Assembly: GCA_001773695.1 (NCBI GenBank)
Contig: MEXN01000005.1
Location: forward strand, 67,687-131,686
Length of the DNA: 64,000 nucleotides
DNA from: Candidatus Amesbacteria bacterium RIFCSPLOWO2_01_FULL_48_25
Lineage (GTDB): Bacteria; Patescibacteriota; Microgenomatia; CAZETR01; Amesbacteraceae
Direction: 5' to 3'
A model generated the notes under the pieces. It made no database searches and was not told the origin of the DNA. It saw nothing but the letters and a program-made list of their open reading frames with translations. Position numbers and translations under genes: made by a program. Positions 37,350-46,171 of the stretch are shown here, one piece after another (position 1 is the first letter of the stretch; every line of letters begins with the position of its first letter).

Positions 37350-38531
37350 ATGAATGCCATGAAGACTATAGACTTGAGAAGTTTTGGAGTCGGGGCTTTG
37401 GCTGCTGTAGTGGTCGTGGGGAGCGTGGTTGGAGGGTCGGTTGCAGATAGGTTGGGGAAGATGGAGTGGCTGGACAAGTTTCTGCCGAGGCAGAACAATA
37501 CTCAGTCCTCAAGCCTCAATTCTCAAAGGGTTTTAAGTGAGGAGAATGTGGTGATTGAGGTGGCGGAAAAGGTATCGCCATCGGTAGTAACTGTGGGAAT
37601 TAAAAAGACACAAACGGTAAGGTTTATGGATCCGTTTGGGATGTTTCGCCGGATTCCTGGGGGCCAGCCTCAGGAGAGGAAAATTGAGCAGGACATAGGT
37701 ACGGGTTTTGTGATCTCGGCCGACGGGCTAATTGTGACTAATAAGCATGTGGTAGATGATTCGGATGCCGAGTACAAGATCGTGACTCGGGACGATAAGA
37801 CGTATGAAGTGGAAAAAATTTACCGCGATCCAGTGAGCGACCTGGCTATTTTGAAAATAAGTCCTTCGGCAGGCTCAGGATTTAAACCAGTGGAGATGGG
37901 CGACTCGGCAAAATTGAAAGTAGGGCAGTTTGTGGTGGCAATTGGAACCGCTTTGGGGGAATTTAGGCATACAGTGACGACAGGGGTGGTGTCCGGATTG
38001 GGGCGGGGGATTACGGCCGGAAGTCCGTTTGAGGGATCGGAAAAACTGGATGACGTAATCCAGACTGATGCGGCTATAAACCCGGGTAATTCGGGAGGGC
38101 CGCTCCTCAATTCGGCCGGACAGGTAATAGGAGTAAATGTAGCAGTGTCTACCCAGGGGCAGAATATCGGGTTTGCCCTACCCATAAATGTAGTGAAAGA
38201 AGCAATAGAAAATTTTAATAAAACCGGCCAGTTTAGCCGGCCGTACTTGGGAGTCAGGTACCGGATGATTGACTTAAAAACCGCTCTTAATAACGATGTT
38301 GTCCAGGGAGCATATGTGCAGGAGGTGATCGAGGATTCGCCGGCTGCCCGGGGTGGGATAGAGCCGGGAGATATTATCACGAAAATGGGTGGGGAGAAAA
38401 TAGACGGAGACGATCAGAATGGCCTGGCTAAGTTGATTTCCGGGCACAAAGTGGGAGACAGAGTAGAACTTGAGGTGTGGAGGGAAGGGGAGACTAATAA
38501 ATTGACGGTGACGCTGGAAGAAGCAAAGTAG
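37350..38531 (+). CDS. htrA: HtrA/DegP serine protease with PDZ domain
   Basis: TNKHVV, DLA, QTDAAINPGNSGGPL. Confidence 0.95.
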   Translation: MNAMKTIDLRSFGVGALAAVVVVGSVVGGSVADRLGKMEWLDKFLPRQNNTQSSSLNSQRVLSEENVVIEVAEKVSPSVVTVGIKKTQTVRFMDPFGMFRRIPGGQPQERKIEQDIGTGFVISADGLIVTNKHVVDDSDAEYKIVTRDDKTYEVEKIYRDPVSDLAILKISPSAGSGFKPVEMGDSAKLKVGQFVVAIGTALGEFRHTVTTGVVSGLGRGITAGSPFEGSEKLDDVIQTDAAINPGNSGGPLLNSAGQVIGVNVAVSTQGQNIGFALPINVVKEAIENFNKTGQFSRPYLGVRYRMIDLKTALNNDVVQGAYVQEVIEDSPAARGGIEPGDIITKMGGEKIDGDDQNGLAKLISGHKVGDRVELEVWREGETNKLTVTLEEAK

Positions 38532-38546
38532 ATTTGGTAAAATGGC

Positions 38547-38882
38547 TTGATGAAGGCGAAGATACACCCAACTTACTATTCCGATTGTGTGGTCACGTGC
38601 GCGTGCGGCACGACTTTGACCGTGGGTTCGACTAAGCCTGCGATTTCTGTAGAAATTTGCTCGGCTTGCCATCCGTTTTTTACGGGGGAGATGAGGTTTG
38701 TGGATACCATGGGGAGGGTGGAACGGTTCCAACAGAAACAACAGGCACTAGGTCTTGCTCAAGGTAAGCCGTTGTCGAAGAAAGCCAGAGTAGCACTCAA
38801 AAAGAAACTTGAGGAGGAGGAAGAGGCCAAGAGGCCAAAGAGTCTCAAAGAGATGTTTGATCGGGTTAAAGCGAGGGCGTAG
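38547..38882 (+). CDS. rpmE: 50S ribosomal protein L31 (Zn-binding, C-terminal extension)
   Basis: [24 protein letters not shown]. Confidence 0.96.
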   Translation: MMKAKIHPTYYSDCVVTCACGTTLTVGSTKPAISVEICSACHPFFTGEMRFVDTMGRVERFQQKQQALGLAQGKPLSKKARVALKKKLEEEEEAKRPKSLKEMFDRVKARA

Positions 38883-39737
38883 ATGGACTATTTAGAGCAG
38901 GAGCTGGCTAAGATTGAGACTAAAATCGTCGAGACTGGTGAGTTGGTGGAAGAATTAGGAGAAGTAGCAGCCAAAGAATTGGAGGAATTGAAGCGGAGGC
39001 GGGACGAGTTGAAACGAATAATTGAGGGTGAACCGGCGGAGTCGCAAAGTTTTAATAGCGTTATTTTGGAAGTAAGACCCGGGGTGGGAGGGGAAGAAGC
39101 TAAGATCTGGGCAGAGGATCTGCAGCGAATGTATAACCGCTTTGCGGAGTTCAACAGTTTTTCAGTTTCCCAGTTGGACAGTGGGGTAATTAAAATTAAA
39201 GGCAAAGGGGTTTGGGAGAAGCTGAAGTATGAGACTGGAGTTCACAGGGTGCAGCGGGTGCCTGAAACTGAGGCGCAGGGGCGGATCCATACTTCTACAG
39301 CGTCGGTAGTAGTGCTGCCTGAAGTTCCTGAGTCTCAAATTGAAATTGGCGAAGATGATCTGTTGTGGGAGTTTAGCCGGGGGGGCGGGCACGGGGGGCA
39401 GAATGTGAACAAGGTGGCGACGGCGGTGCGATTAACTCATAAACCGACAGGAATCGTGGTGTCTTGCCGGCAGGAGAGATTCCAAGAGCAGAACCGGAAA
39501 ATAGCATTGGAGTTATTGAGGGCGGAGTTATGGGAAATAGAGCAGGAGAAGAAGAGCAAGTTAATCAGTGATCAGCGATCTGCAATCGGGAGGAGTATGC
39601 GGGCGGAAAAGATCAGGACTTATAACTATCCACAAAACCGGGTAACGGATCACAGAATTGGTAAGAGCTGGCACAAGCTGGACCGGATTATTGATGGGGA
39701 TTTGGAGGATGTGGTTGTTTCTTTGTCTCAGCTATGA
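38883..39737 (+). CDS. prfA: Peptide chain release factor 1 (short)
   Basis: RVQRVPET (PxT), GGQNVN, IRTYNYPQ.RVTDHR. Confidence 0.95.
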   Translation: MDYLEQELAKIETKIVETGELVEELGEVAAKELEELKRRRDELKRIIEGEPAESQSFNSVILEVRPGVGGEEAKIWAEDLQRMYNRFAEFNSFSVSQLDSGVIKIKGKGVWEKLKYETGVHRVQRVPETEAQGRIHTSTASVVVLPEVPESQIEIGEDDLLWEFSRGGGHGGQNVNKVATAVRLTHKPTGIVVSCRQERFQEQNRKIALELLRAELWEIEQEKKSKLISDQRSAIGRSMRAEKIRTYNYPQNRVTDHRIGKSWHKLDRIIDGDLEDVVVSLSQL

Positions 39738-40638
39738 TCACGCCGATTGCGGTTATGAAGGCGCCGAAAATAAAAATTGGCGTAACCTGTTCGTGTAGCC
39801 AGAGTATGGATAGAGGAATGGTGAAAATGGGGTAGAGATAGGAGAACACGGCGGTTTCTCCGGTTTCTATGGTTTTTTGGGCCCGGTGCCAGAGAGAGTA
39901 GGCGAGAGTGCCAGATATCAGGGCCATGTAAAATATGCTGGCATGGGCGCTTGCGGGGATGCTAGTTACTAGATGGTAGATGCTAGATGGGGAGTACAGA
40001 AAAAGTACGATTGGGATTACGGTTACAAATCCGACGATGAAAGAAAGTTGAGTTAGGGCGAAATCAAAGTTTACGAGGTGCCGAAGTAGAAGTTTTGCCA
40101 TGATGGCTAATACGATGCCAACCAAGAGTGAAGCGATAATGTATAGGTTACCTGATAACGATGAGCCTGGTTCGAAAACTATCGCCATGGTTCCTAGCGT
40201 GGCGATGGCCATACCGGTCTTTTCGCGTCGCGTGACACGTTCGTGCAAGAAAGCGGCTCCGGTTGCTGAGACCATGATGGGATATAGGGCGTTGATGATG
40301 CTGCCGTCTAGAGCTGTAGTTTTTTCGTAACCTAGAAATAAAAGCCCTAATGAAACTGTTGACGTTAGGAAGCAGTAGATGGTAATCCAAATAATGTCGG
40401 AAATTTTTTTGGGCCATTGAGTTTTGGTGAAAGAAAGTAGGAAGATTCCTGCAATTGCTGATAGAAAAAAACGATAAAGAAGAAATAGAAATGGAGGTAT
40501 AAATCCCACCGTGAAGCGGATGACGGGACCGGCAAAGCCCCAAATGGCAGAAACGGCAAGAAGGATAAGGTAAGCGCGAGTACGGGTTTTGGTCACTGCT
40601 CTATTGTTGGGTTTTGGACTCGTATTTTCAATCGCCAA
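39688..40638 (-). CDS. DMT/EamA family transporter
   Basis: About 10 TMs, IWG, FLHE twice; start uncertain. Confidence 0.9.
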   Translation of the reverse strand: MAIENTSPKPNNRAVTKTRTRAYLILLAVSAIWGFAGPVIRFTVGFIPPFLFLLYRFFLSAIAGIFLLSFTKTQWPKKISDIIWITIYCFLTSTVSLGLLFLGYEKTTALDGSIINALYPIMVSATGAAFLHERVTRREKTGMAIATLGTMAIVFEPGSSLSGNLYIIASLLVGIVLAIMAKLLLRHLVNFDFALTQLSFIVGFVTVIPIVLFLYSPSSIYHLVTSIPASAHASIFYMALISGTLAYSLWHRAQKTIETGETAVFSYLYPIFTIPLSILWLHEQVTPIFIFGAFITAIGVIIAETKKQPHPPNPHQ

Positions 40639-40660
40639 AAAATTTGGTATACTATGGGGT

Positions 40661-40996
40661 ATGAGGTTAGAAGATTTTTTGGGGCCAAGAAACTATGCTC
40701 GATTAGGAGTGGGTATATTGATCATTGCTACGGCTTGTGGTGCAGTGAGGACGCCAGTGGTGGATGTGTTTGCTACCGAAGAGGCGAAGGCTGATGCAAG
40801 TAGAACAGCATTGGAGCTGACTCAGAGCGCTTTGGGGATTTGCGCTGATTTGGAACGAATTAATGGTGATTTGGCGACTTTAGCCGTGGAAGGTGGGGAT
40901 CAGGCAATTGTGGTAACGCAAATTTTGGCCCAAATGACTGAGAGGCCGGTGCCCGCTTGTGCTACTGCGACTGCGACAGTTGAGCCAGTTCAATAA
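40661..40996 (+). CDS. Putative lipoprotein
   Basis: TATACT before ATG 40661; hydrophobic stretch ending ATA-C. Confidence 0.5.
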   Translation: MRLEDFLGPRNYARLGVGILIIATACGAVRTPVVDVFATEEAKADASRTALELTQSALGICADLERINGDLATLAVEGGDQAIVVTQILAQMTERPVPACATATATVEPVQ

Positions 40997-42182
40997 CGAG
41001 ATAGTTTTGGCTGAGGGTTTTTTGTTCTCCCGTGGCCATGTTTTTGAGAGTAACCGTGCCTTTTTCGATTTCTTCTGGGCCTAAAATGGCAACATACGGG
41101 ATGCCTTTGGCGCTGGCGTATTTGAGCTGTTTGTCTAACTTAATATTCGGGTCGGGATAAAGTTCAGTATTAATATTTTGTGAGCGGAGGGATTGAGACA
41201 GGGAGAGAGAGTTGTTTAATAGTTCCGGTGAGAAAACGGTTACGAGAACTTGAGTGGGGGTTTTAAATTGGGGAACTAGCCCAAGTTTTTCGGCGGCCTC
41301 GAGAGTGCGGTCGAAGCCAAAAGCAATGCCAGTGCCGGGGATTTTTTGACCGGTGATTCTTTCTACAAGTGCGTCGTATCTTTCGCCACCGCCGACCGAA
41401 CCGGAGGAGTATTCTGGGATAACAATTTCCCAAATGGGGCCTTGGGAATAGGAGAAAGCCCGGGCGAGGGTGGGCTGGAAACGATACCAGTCCGGAGGGA
41501 AGCCGGCATTTTTCAGATAATCGAAAATGGTATTAATAGTTTCGTCGGGCTGAATATTTCTGACCTGGTCGAAATACTTTTGGGCCAGATCCGGGGTAAT
41601 ACCCTTGGAGATCATGCTGGAAATTACTCCGTCAGAGCCGATTTTATCCAGTTTGTCGATGGCGGAAATGGCGGCGTAGGGGATATCTTTCATCAGGTCG
41701 CGGTTATTAACTACGGCGACCACTTGTTTGAAGCCTAGAGATTTGTAAAGATCCAAAGAAATTGCGATGGTTTCGGCGTCTGCCAGGGGGGATGCGACTC
41801 CGAAAATATCCACATCTGCTTGGACGAATTCACGATATCTACCAGCCTGGGGTTTTTCGGCTCTAAAATTGGATTGGATCTGGTAGCGGCGGAATGGAAA
41901 GGTTAATTGATTGAAATACTGGCCGATTACCCTGCAGGTGGGAACGGTCTGGTCGTAGCGGAGCATAATTTCCCGATCACCCAGGTCTTTGAACTTGTAG
42001 AATAGTTTCTCGTCTTCGCCGATTTCGCCTTTGAATAATTCGTATGACTCTAAAGTCGGGGTTTCCAAGGGTTCGTAGCCCCATTTTTCAAAAACTTTAA
42101 TCATTTGGCCTTTTAACCACTGCCTAGCCGCTGCCTGCGGCGGCAAAAAATCCCGAAAGCCTTTGAGGGTTTGAGTGGTCAT
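40962..42182 (-). CDS. hisS: Histidine--tRNA ligase
   Basis: KGFRDF, LRYDQT, FRAEKPQAGRYREF.Q, GGGERYD, anticodon domain KQLKYA. Confidence 0.96.
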   Translation of the reverse strand: MTTQTLKGFRDFLPPQAAARQWLKGQMIKVFEKWGYEPLETPTLESYELFKGEIGEDEKLFYKFKDLGDREIMLRYDQTVPTCRVIGQYFNQLTFPFRRYQIQSNFRAEKPQAGRYREFVQADVDIFGVASPLADAETIAISLDLYKSLGFKQVVAVVNNRDLMKDIPYAAISAIDKLDKIGSDGVISSMISKGITPDLAQKYFDQVRNIQPDETINTIFDYLKNAGFPPDWYRFQPTLARAFSYSQGPIWEIVIPEYSSGSVGGGERYDALVERITGQKIPGTGIAFGFDRTLEAAEKLGLVPQFKTPTQVLVTVFSPELLNNSLSLSQSLRSQNINTELYPDPNIKLDKQLKYASAKGIPYVAILGPEEIEKGTVTLKNMATGEQKTLSQNYLVIELAQLSQSQ

Positions 42183-42197
42183 ATGTTTATTTAAGCA

Positions 42198-42325
42198 TAA
42201 AAAAGCACCTTGCGGTGCTCTGTATTATCGACTTTGGCGGATTTTTACAGTTTGCCTTCTGTACAGTATTTGGCTGTCTCCTCCCCAGGCGTGACTTGGG
42301 TACAAGCGGATTTACAAATTGTACA
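42198..42325 (-). ncRNA. Candidate structured RNA / attenuator upstream of hisS
   Basis: Minus-strand TTGACA-16-TATAAA, several short hairpins, terminator AGCACC-GCAA-GGTGCT plus T-tract just before the hisS ATG. Confidence 0.45.
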
Positions 42326-42359
42326 CTTTTTATACCGGATATATTTGACTTGTCAAATT

Positions 42360-42626
42360 TCAGTAGACTTGGGGGTGGGTACCGATGTCTAAAAACAATA
42401 CAGTGTTTTCGTCCAGTTTTTCGTAAATAACACGGATATTTCCGGTGATCCAGAATGCCCTGTGTCCGAAATGGGTTCCGGTTAAAGCATGGTCTTTGAT
42501 GAGGGGGTTTTTTGGATCTTGTTTAAATAGACCGACTCTTTCTATTGTTTTGGAAGTAAGTTTTTGATTTTGGGAAATTCTTTTTTTGTAGTGCTTTTTG
42601 AATGTGGGATGAAGTTCAATGTTCAT
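42360..42626 (-). CDS. RelE/YafQ-family mRNA interferase toxin
   Basis: F.K.YK, DHALTG, RVIY, DIGTH..VY. Confidence 0.9.
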   Translation of the reverse strand: MNIELHPTFKKHYKKRISQNQKLTSKTIERVGLFKQDPKNPLIKDHALTGTHFGHRAFWITGNIRVIYEKLDENTVLFLDIGTHPQVY

Positions 42627-42907
42627 GAATTGAGGTATTTGAACATCTCGTCAACGTCAGTGAAACCGACGGTTTTGACTTTTCCTGATTTGACATCCTC
42701 GCTCATTTTATTATATTTTCGGATGGCCTTGTGGGAGAGTTGGACTGGTTGGGGCTCGAAGGTGACGCGGATGGCCTGGGATGAAAGCTGATTTAAAAAA
42801 ACCCTAACGGCTTCCTGAAGAGAGGAAAATCCTTGGGAAAGAGCGGATTTGGCTGCTTTATCACGAAGGGCCTTGCTAATGGGAACCTGGAGAATAGTTG
42901 CGTCCAT
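42623..42907 (-). CDS. RHH-type antitoxin
   Basis: LQVPISK.LR..A....GFSSLQEAVR; ATGA overlap with the toxin; TTGACA-16-TATAAT leaderless promoter. Confidence 0.8.
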   Translation of the reverse strand: MDATILQVPISKALRDKAAKSALSQGFSSLQEAVRVFLNQLSSQAIRVTFEPQPVQLSHKAIRKYNKMSEDVKSGKVKTVGFTDVDEMFKYLNS

Positions 42908-42942
42908 GTTTATTATTATAATGGTTTGATAATGGATGTCAA

Positions 42943-43725
42943 CTAGCGGTTTTTTTCGTTGTGATTGAGGAAGTATGTTCCGGCAGTAAGGTAGAGGAGG
43001 AAAAGGACCGACATGATGGCCAGATTTATGAGGGGAGAGTGGAGAACGACTCGGGAGTATTCCGGGCGGCCGAGATAATACAAACCGCGTAAAAAGTCGA
43101 CAGCGTAGGTCATGGGGGCGATGCGGGAAAGAACAAAAAGGAGCGGGGGGAGGTGGGTAATGGGATTAAAAACACCGGCTAGGAAAAACTGGGGAAAGAT
43201 GACGAAGGGAAAAACTTGGTTGGCTGATTGAACACCGGAAAGATTGGACATGACTAGGACGCCGAAGGCGCCACCCAGAAGACAGGCAAGAAAGCCGGCG
43301 GGTAAAATGAGAATTAAGCGGGTCCAATCGACTGGAATGCTCATGATAAGGCCTAAAATCAAGATACTAAGGACCAATATGAATGAAACAGTCGATTCAC
43401 CTAAGATTTTGCCGGTAATTATGGTGTAGCGGGAGATGGGGGCGACGAACATTTCTTGGGCGAAATCAGAGTCGCGGTCGGTGACTAGAGAGATGATGCC
43501 CGAGGCTGAGGATTGAAAAAGTGTTTGGGCCATGACGCCGATGAAAGTAAACAGAAGGACATTGAAGCCCAGAGAAGAGGCGACGTTGGCTTGGAGGCTT
43601 TGACCTAAGATACCTATGAAGATGAGAGGGAACATAAAACTAAAGATGATACGGGTGCGGTCGCGCAAAAGTTTGGTGACGTCGCGGCCGGCTATGGCTA
43701 ATATGGCGTTTAGTTCATGGTTCAT
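42943..43725 (-). CDS. ABC-2 type exporter permease
   Basis: 6 TMs, VAPISR..I..GK, FLAGVF.P, PMTYAVD. Confidence 0.92.
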   Translation of the reverse strand: MNHELNAILAIAGRDVTKLLRDRTRIIFSFMFPLIFIGILGQSLQANVASSLGFNVLLFTFIGVMAQTLFQSSASGIISLVTDRDSDFAQEMFVAPISRYTIITGKILGESTVSFILVLSILILGLIMSIPVDWTRLILILPAGFLACLLGGAFGVLVMSNLSGVQSANQVFPFVIFPQFFLAGVFNPITHLPPLLFVLSRIAPMTYAVDFLRGLYYLGRPEYSRVVLHSPLINLAIMSVLFLLYLTAGTYFLNHNEKNR

Positions 43726-43727
43726 AG

Positions 43728-44501
43728 TCAGTTAGTCTCTTGGATGATTTTTAGATAGGCCTGTTCGAGGGTGGTGTGGTGGCCGGTGTATTGCCTCTTG
43801 ATGTCACCGGGGCTGCCGTAAGCCACTATTTTGCCGTTATTTATGATGCAGACGTTGTCGCAGTCTTCTGCTTCTTCGAGATAGTGGGTGGTGAGAAAGA
43901 TTGTGGTGCGATCGTTTTTGCGAATATGGGTAAGATAGTCCCAGAGATTTTTTCGGGATAGTGGGTCGAGACCGGAAGTGGGTTCATCTAAAAAAAGGAT
44001 TTCCGGTTTGTGCATCAGACTTCTGACGATTTCTAATTTGCGTCTCATGCCGCCGGACATGTCTTTGACTTGCTTATTTAAGTCTGTGGCAGTTAATCCT
44101 ATGACCTCGGTTAGAGATTTAACTTGGATTTTATAATTATCCGGCATTTGGGTGTAAAGCGGGCGGTAGGGGAAAAGGTTATATAGACAAGCGTGGAAGC
44201 GGATGTTTTCCTCGGCAGTGAGGTTTTTGTCCAGGCTGGGGTTTTGAAAGATAATGCCGATTTTTGCCCGGACAGAAGCGCTTTGAGTGGCGACGTCTAG
44301 GCCTGCTACCAGGCAGTCGCCTGAAGTTTTGGAGAGGGTCGTCGTTAGAATGGAGATGATGGTGGTTTTACCGGCGCCATTGGGGCCCAATAGAGAGAAG
44401 AATTCGCCCCTTTTTACACTAAAGCTAATATCGTCAACGGATGAGGTGGGGGAGTTGCGATAACGTTTAACCAGGTTTTTGACGGAGATAATCGACGACA
44501 T
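43728..44501 (-). CDS. ABC transporter ATP-binding protein (DrrA-like)
   Basis: GPNGAGKT, MSGGM, FLDEPT, TTHY. Confidence 0.95.
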   Translation of the reverse strand: MSSIISVKNLVKRYRNSPTSSVDDISFSVKRGEFFSLLGPNGAGKTTIISILTTTLSKTSGDCLVAGLDVATQSASVRAKIGIIFQNPSLDKNLTAEENIRFHACLYNLFPYRPLYTQMPDNYKIQVKSLTEVIGLTATDLNKQVKDMSGGMRRKLEIVRSLMHKPEILFLDEPTSGLDPLSRKNLWDYLTHIRKNDRTTIFLTTHYLEEAEDCDNVCIINNGKIVAYGSPGDIKRQYTGHHTTLEQAYLKIIQETN

Positions 44502-44504
44502 GAT

Positions 44505-45038
44505 CTAGAGTTTGCGGTGAAGGAGCGTTTCGAAGTTCTCCAGGGCTTCGGAAATGGCTAGGGGTTTGGGAGAGAGTTCTTTTTCCACTTGGGACTCAAT
44601 CTGGGCAGTGTTGAGGGCCTTGAGCATATGTTCAAGTTCGGGATCCGGTTTTTTGTCGGTAACTATTTTTTTGTGAATTTCGGCTAGGAGTTGGAGGGAT
44701 TTGGTAATTTCCTTTTCGGCGATTTCGTTTATCTGGAGGTGGATTTCCTCTCGAAGTGAGTCGATTGCGGAGGCGCGGTTTTGGCTCATGAGGACAAAAA
44801 CGGCCAAAAATATGGCTTCAAGAGAAACGAGCATGGTAAGGAAGGTGAACGGGTAGGGGTCGATAATGGATAGCCCCGGGATGGACCCGGAGTTCATGGC
44901 AATCCAGAAGGCAAAAACTATGATGTTTGTTGTAAAGAATCCGAAGGATCCGGCGATGCGGGTGATGTCATCGGCCATCCGCTCTGTAAACTTGCGGTTC
45001 TTTTGCAGTTTGGCTTCGAAAGAGTGGACAGGGGGCAT
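44505..45038 (-). CDS. DUF1003 membrane protein
   Basis: DPYPF.FL...VSLEAIFL..FVLMSQNR. Confidence 0.9.
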   Translation of the reverse strand: MPPVHSFEAKLQKNRKFTERMADDITRIAGSFGFFTTNIIVFAFWIAMNSGSIPGLSIIDPYPFTFLTMLVSLEAIFLAVFVLMSQNRASAIDSLREEIHLQINEIAEKEITKSLQLLAEIHKKIVTDKKPDPELEHMLKALNTAQIESQVEKELSPKPLAISEALENFETLLHRKL

Positions 45039-45039
45039 T

Positions 45040-45684
45040 TCAAGGAGATTGTACCAGATGGATCAGGCGGGCAGTAAGGGTATTGGCCGTGGCGCTTTCG
45101 GTACCCACGACGACAATTTTGGAGTTTACTTTGACGTCGGAAGCTTTGGCCTGCCTGCCGGCAGGCAGGATTTGCCCAGTGTATTTGGTGGCGGAAGTGA
45201 GTTTTATGGTCAGGGTCTGGTTTTTGTTATCGGTTACAGTGAGTTGGGAAGTCGTAACTTTAGTGATGTTTGTGAAGATGGCGCGGCGTTTGTCCGCCCG
45301 GGGAGTGGGAACGACCAGGAGGCGTTTGGCGGTCAGTTTGCCTTCGGCGTCGGCGTCACCCATTGCCAAAACGGTAGTGCCTTCTTTGAGGTCTGCAATG
45401 GTGCCGTCCTTACCACCGGTTAACTTGATGATTGAGTCGGTGGTGACGGTTATGGTTCTGGTAGCGTTGCCTGTGGTAGTCAGGGTGAGGGTGGCGTCGG
45501 ACTTGGAAGAGATAGTACCCAGGTAGGCACGTTTGGAAATTGCCTGTTTAATGAGGTTTAGCTCCTCGTCAACTTTCTTTTTGATGGAGTCACGGATGCC
45601 GCTGTCGGTGGCGGTTGGGGATTGGGCAGCAATTAGAGCAGGAGAGTTTAAGAGTAGGAGAGCTAGAGCCAGGAGAGTTTTCAT
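45040..45684 (-). CDS. Secreted tandem OB-fold (DUF5666-like) protein
   Basis: Signal peptide; two repeats ..DLK.G..V...G....LTA; contains the LPAGRQ repeat insertion. Confidence 0.7.
   Translation of the reverse strand: MKTLLALALLLLNSPALIAAQSPTATDSGIRDSIKKKVDEELNLIKQAISKRAYLGTISSKSDATLTLTTTGNATRTITVTTDSIIKLTGGKDGTIADLKEGTTVLAMGDADAEGKLTAKRLLVVPTPRADKRRAIFTNITKVTTSQLTVTDNKNQTLTIKLTSATKYTGQILPAGRQAKASDVKVNSKIVVVGTESATANTLTARLIHLVQSP
45150..45169. repeat. Perfect palindrome CCTGCCTGCCGGCAGGCAGG
   Basis: Same element as 10102-10119. Confidence 0.85.
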
Positions 45685-45685
45685 T

Positions 45686-46126
45686 TTAGATTTTGCTAGT
45701 GGAGTAAGTAACTAATAGTTTTTGCTCGGTGGAGTTGCCGGAATTGTCAAAAACCACGATACGCAGTTGGTTGTAACCGCCTTCCAATTCGACCTCGGCT
45801 GAAAAGTTACCGGTGGCACTGCTTGTGGTGATCTTCTCCTCGGTTTCGGTGAAGATGACTATTGTTGCAGATGGGGAAGTTTTTCCGGATATAGTGAGAA
45901 CGTTATTATTTGTTAAAAGCTCGTCACTTGGGGAGTCGAGGGTGAGGGACAGTTGAGATGATGGTGCGGGAGCGGGTGAGGGGCCTTCAGCTAGTGGGGA
46001 AGAGGTGGGGGTGGGTTTGGTGGTGGCGGCCTGACGCAAACTTTTATTGGCTGTCCAGATTCCGAAAGTGATGGTAAGGCCTACGGCAAAGCCGATAAGA
46101 ATGGCTAAGATGACCTCCTTTTTCAT
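45686..46126 (-). CDS. Membrane-anchored Ig-like protein
   Basis: N-terminal TM, PT linker, ISGKT...GNF...V.L..G.N...D..GN. Confidence 0.75.
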   Translation of the reverse strand: MKKEVILAILIGFAVGLTITFGIWTANKSLRQAATTKPTPTSSPLAEGPSPAPAPSSQLSLTLDSPSDELLTNNNVLTISGKTSPSATIVIFTETEEKITTSSATGNFSAEVELEGGYNQLRIVVFDNSGNSTEQKLLVTYSTSKI

Positions 46127-46171
46127 TGTTGGTCTTGAGATTAACAGCGGAAACTGGTATTGTCAAGAATT

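Noticed and set aside
42198-42325. T-box or c-di-GMP-I riboswitch assignment for the hisS leader
   Set aside because: No GGTGGNACCGCG T-box. AAGGCAAAC is present but the GNRA-capped P2 stem is missing. Kept only as an unclassified candidate.
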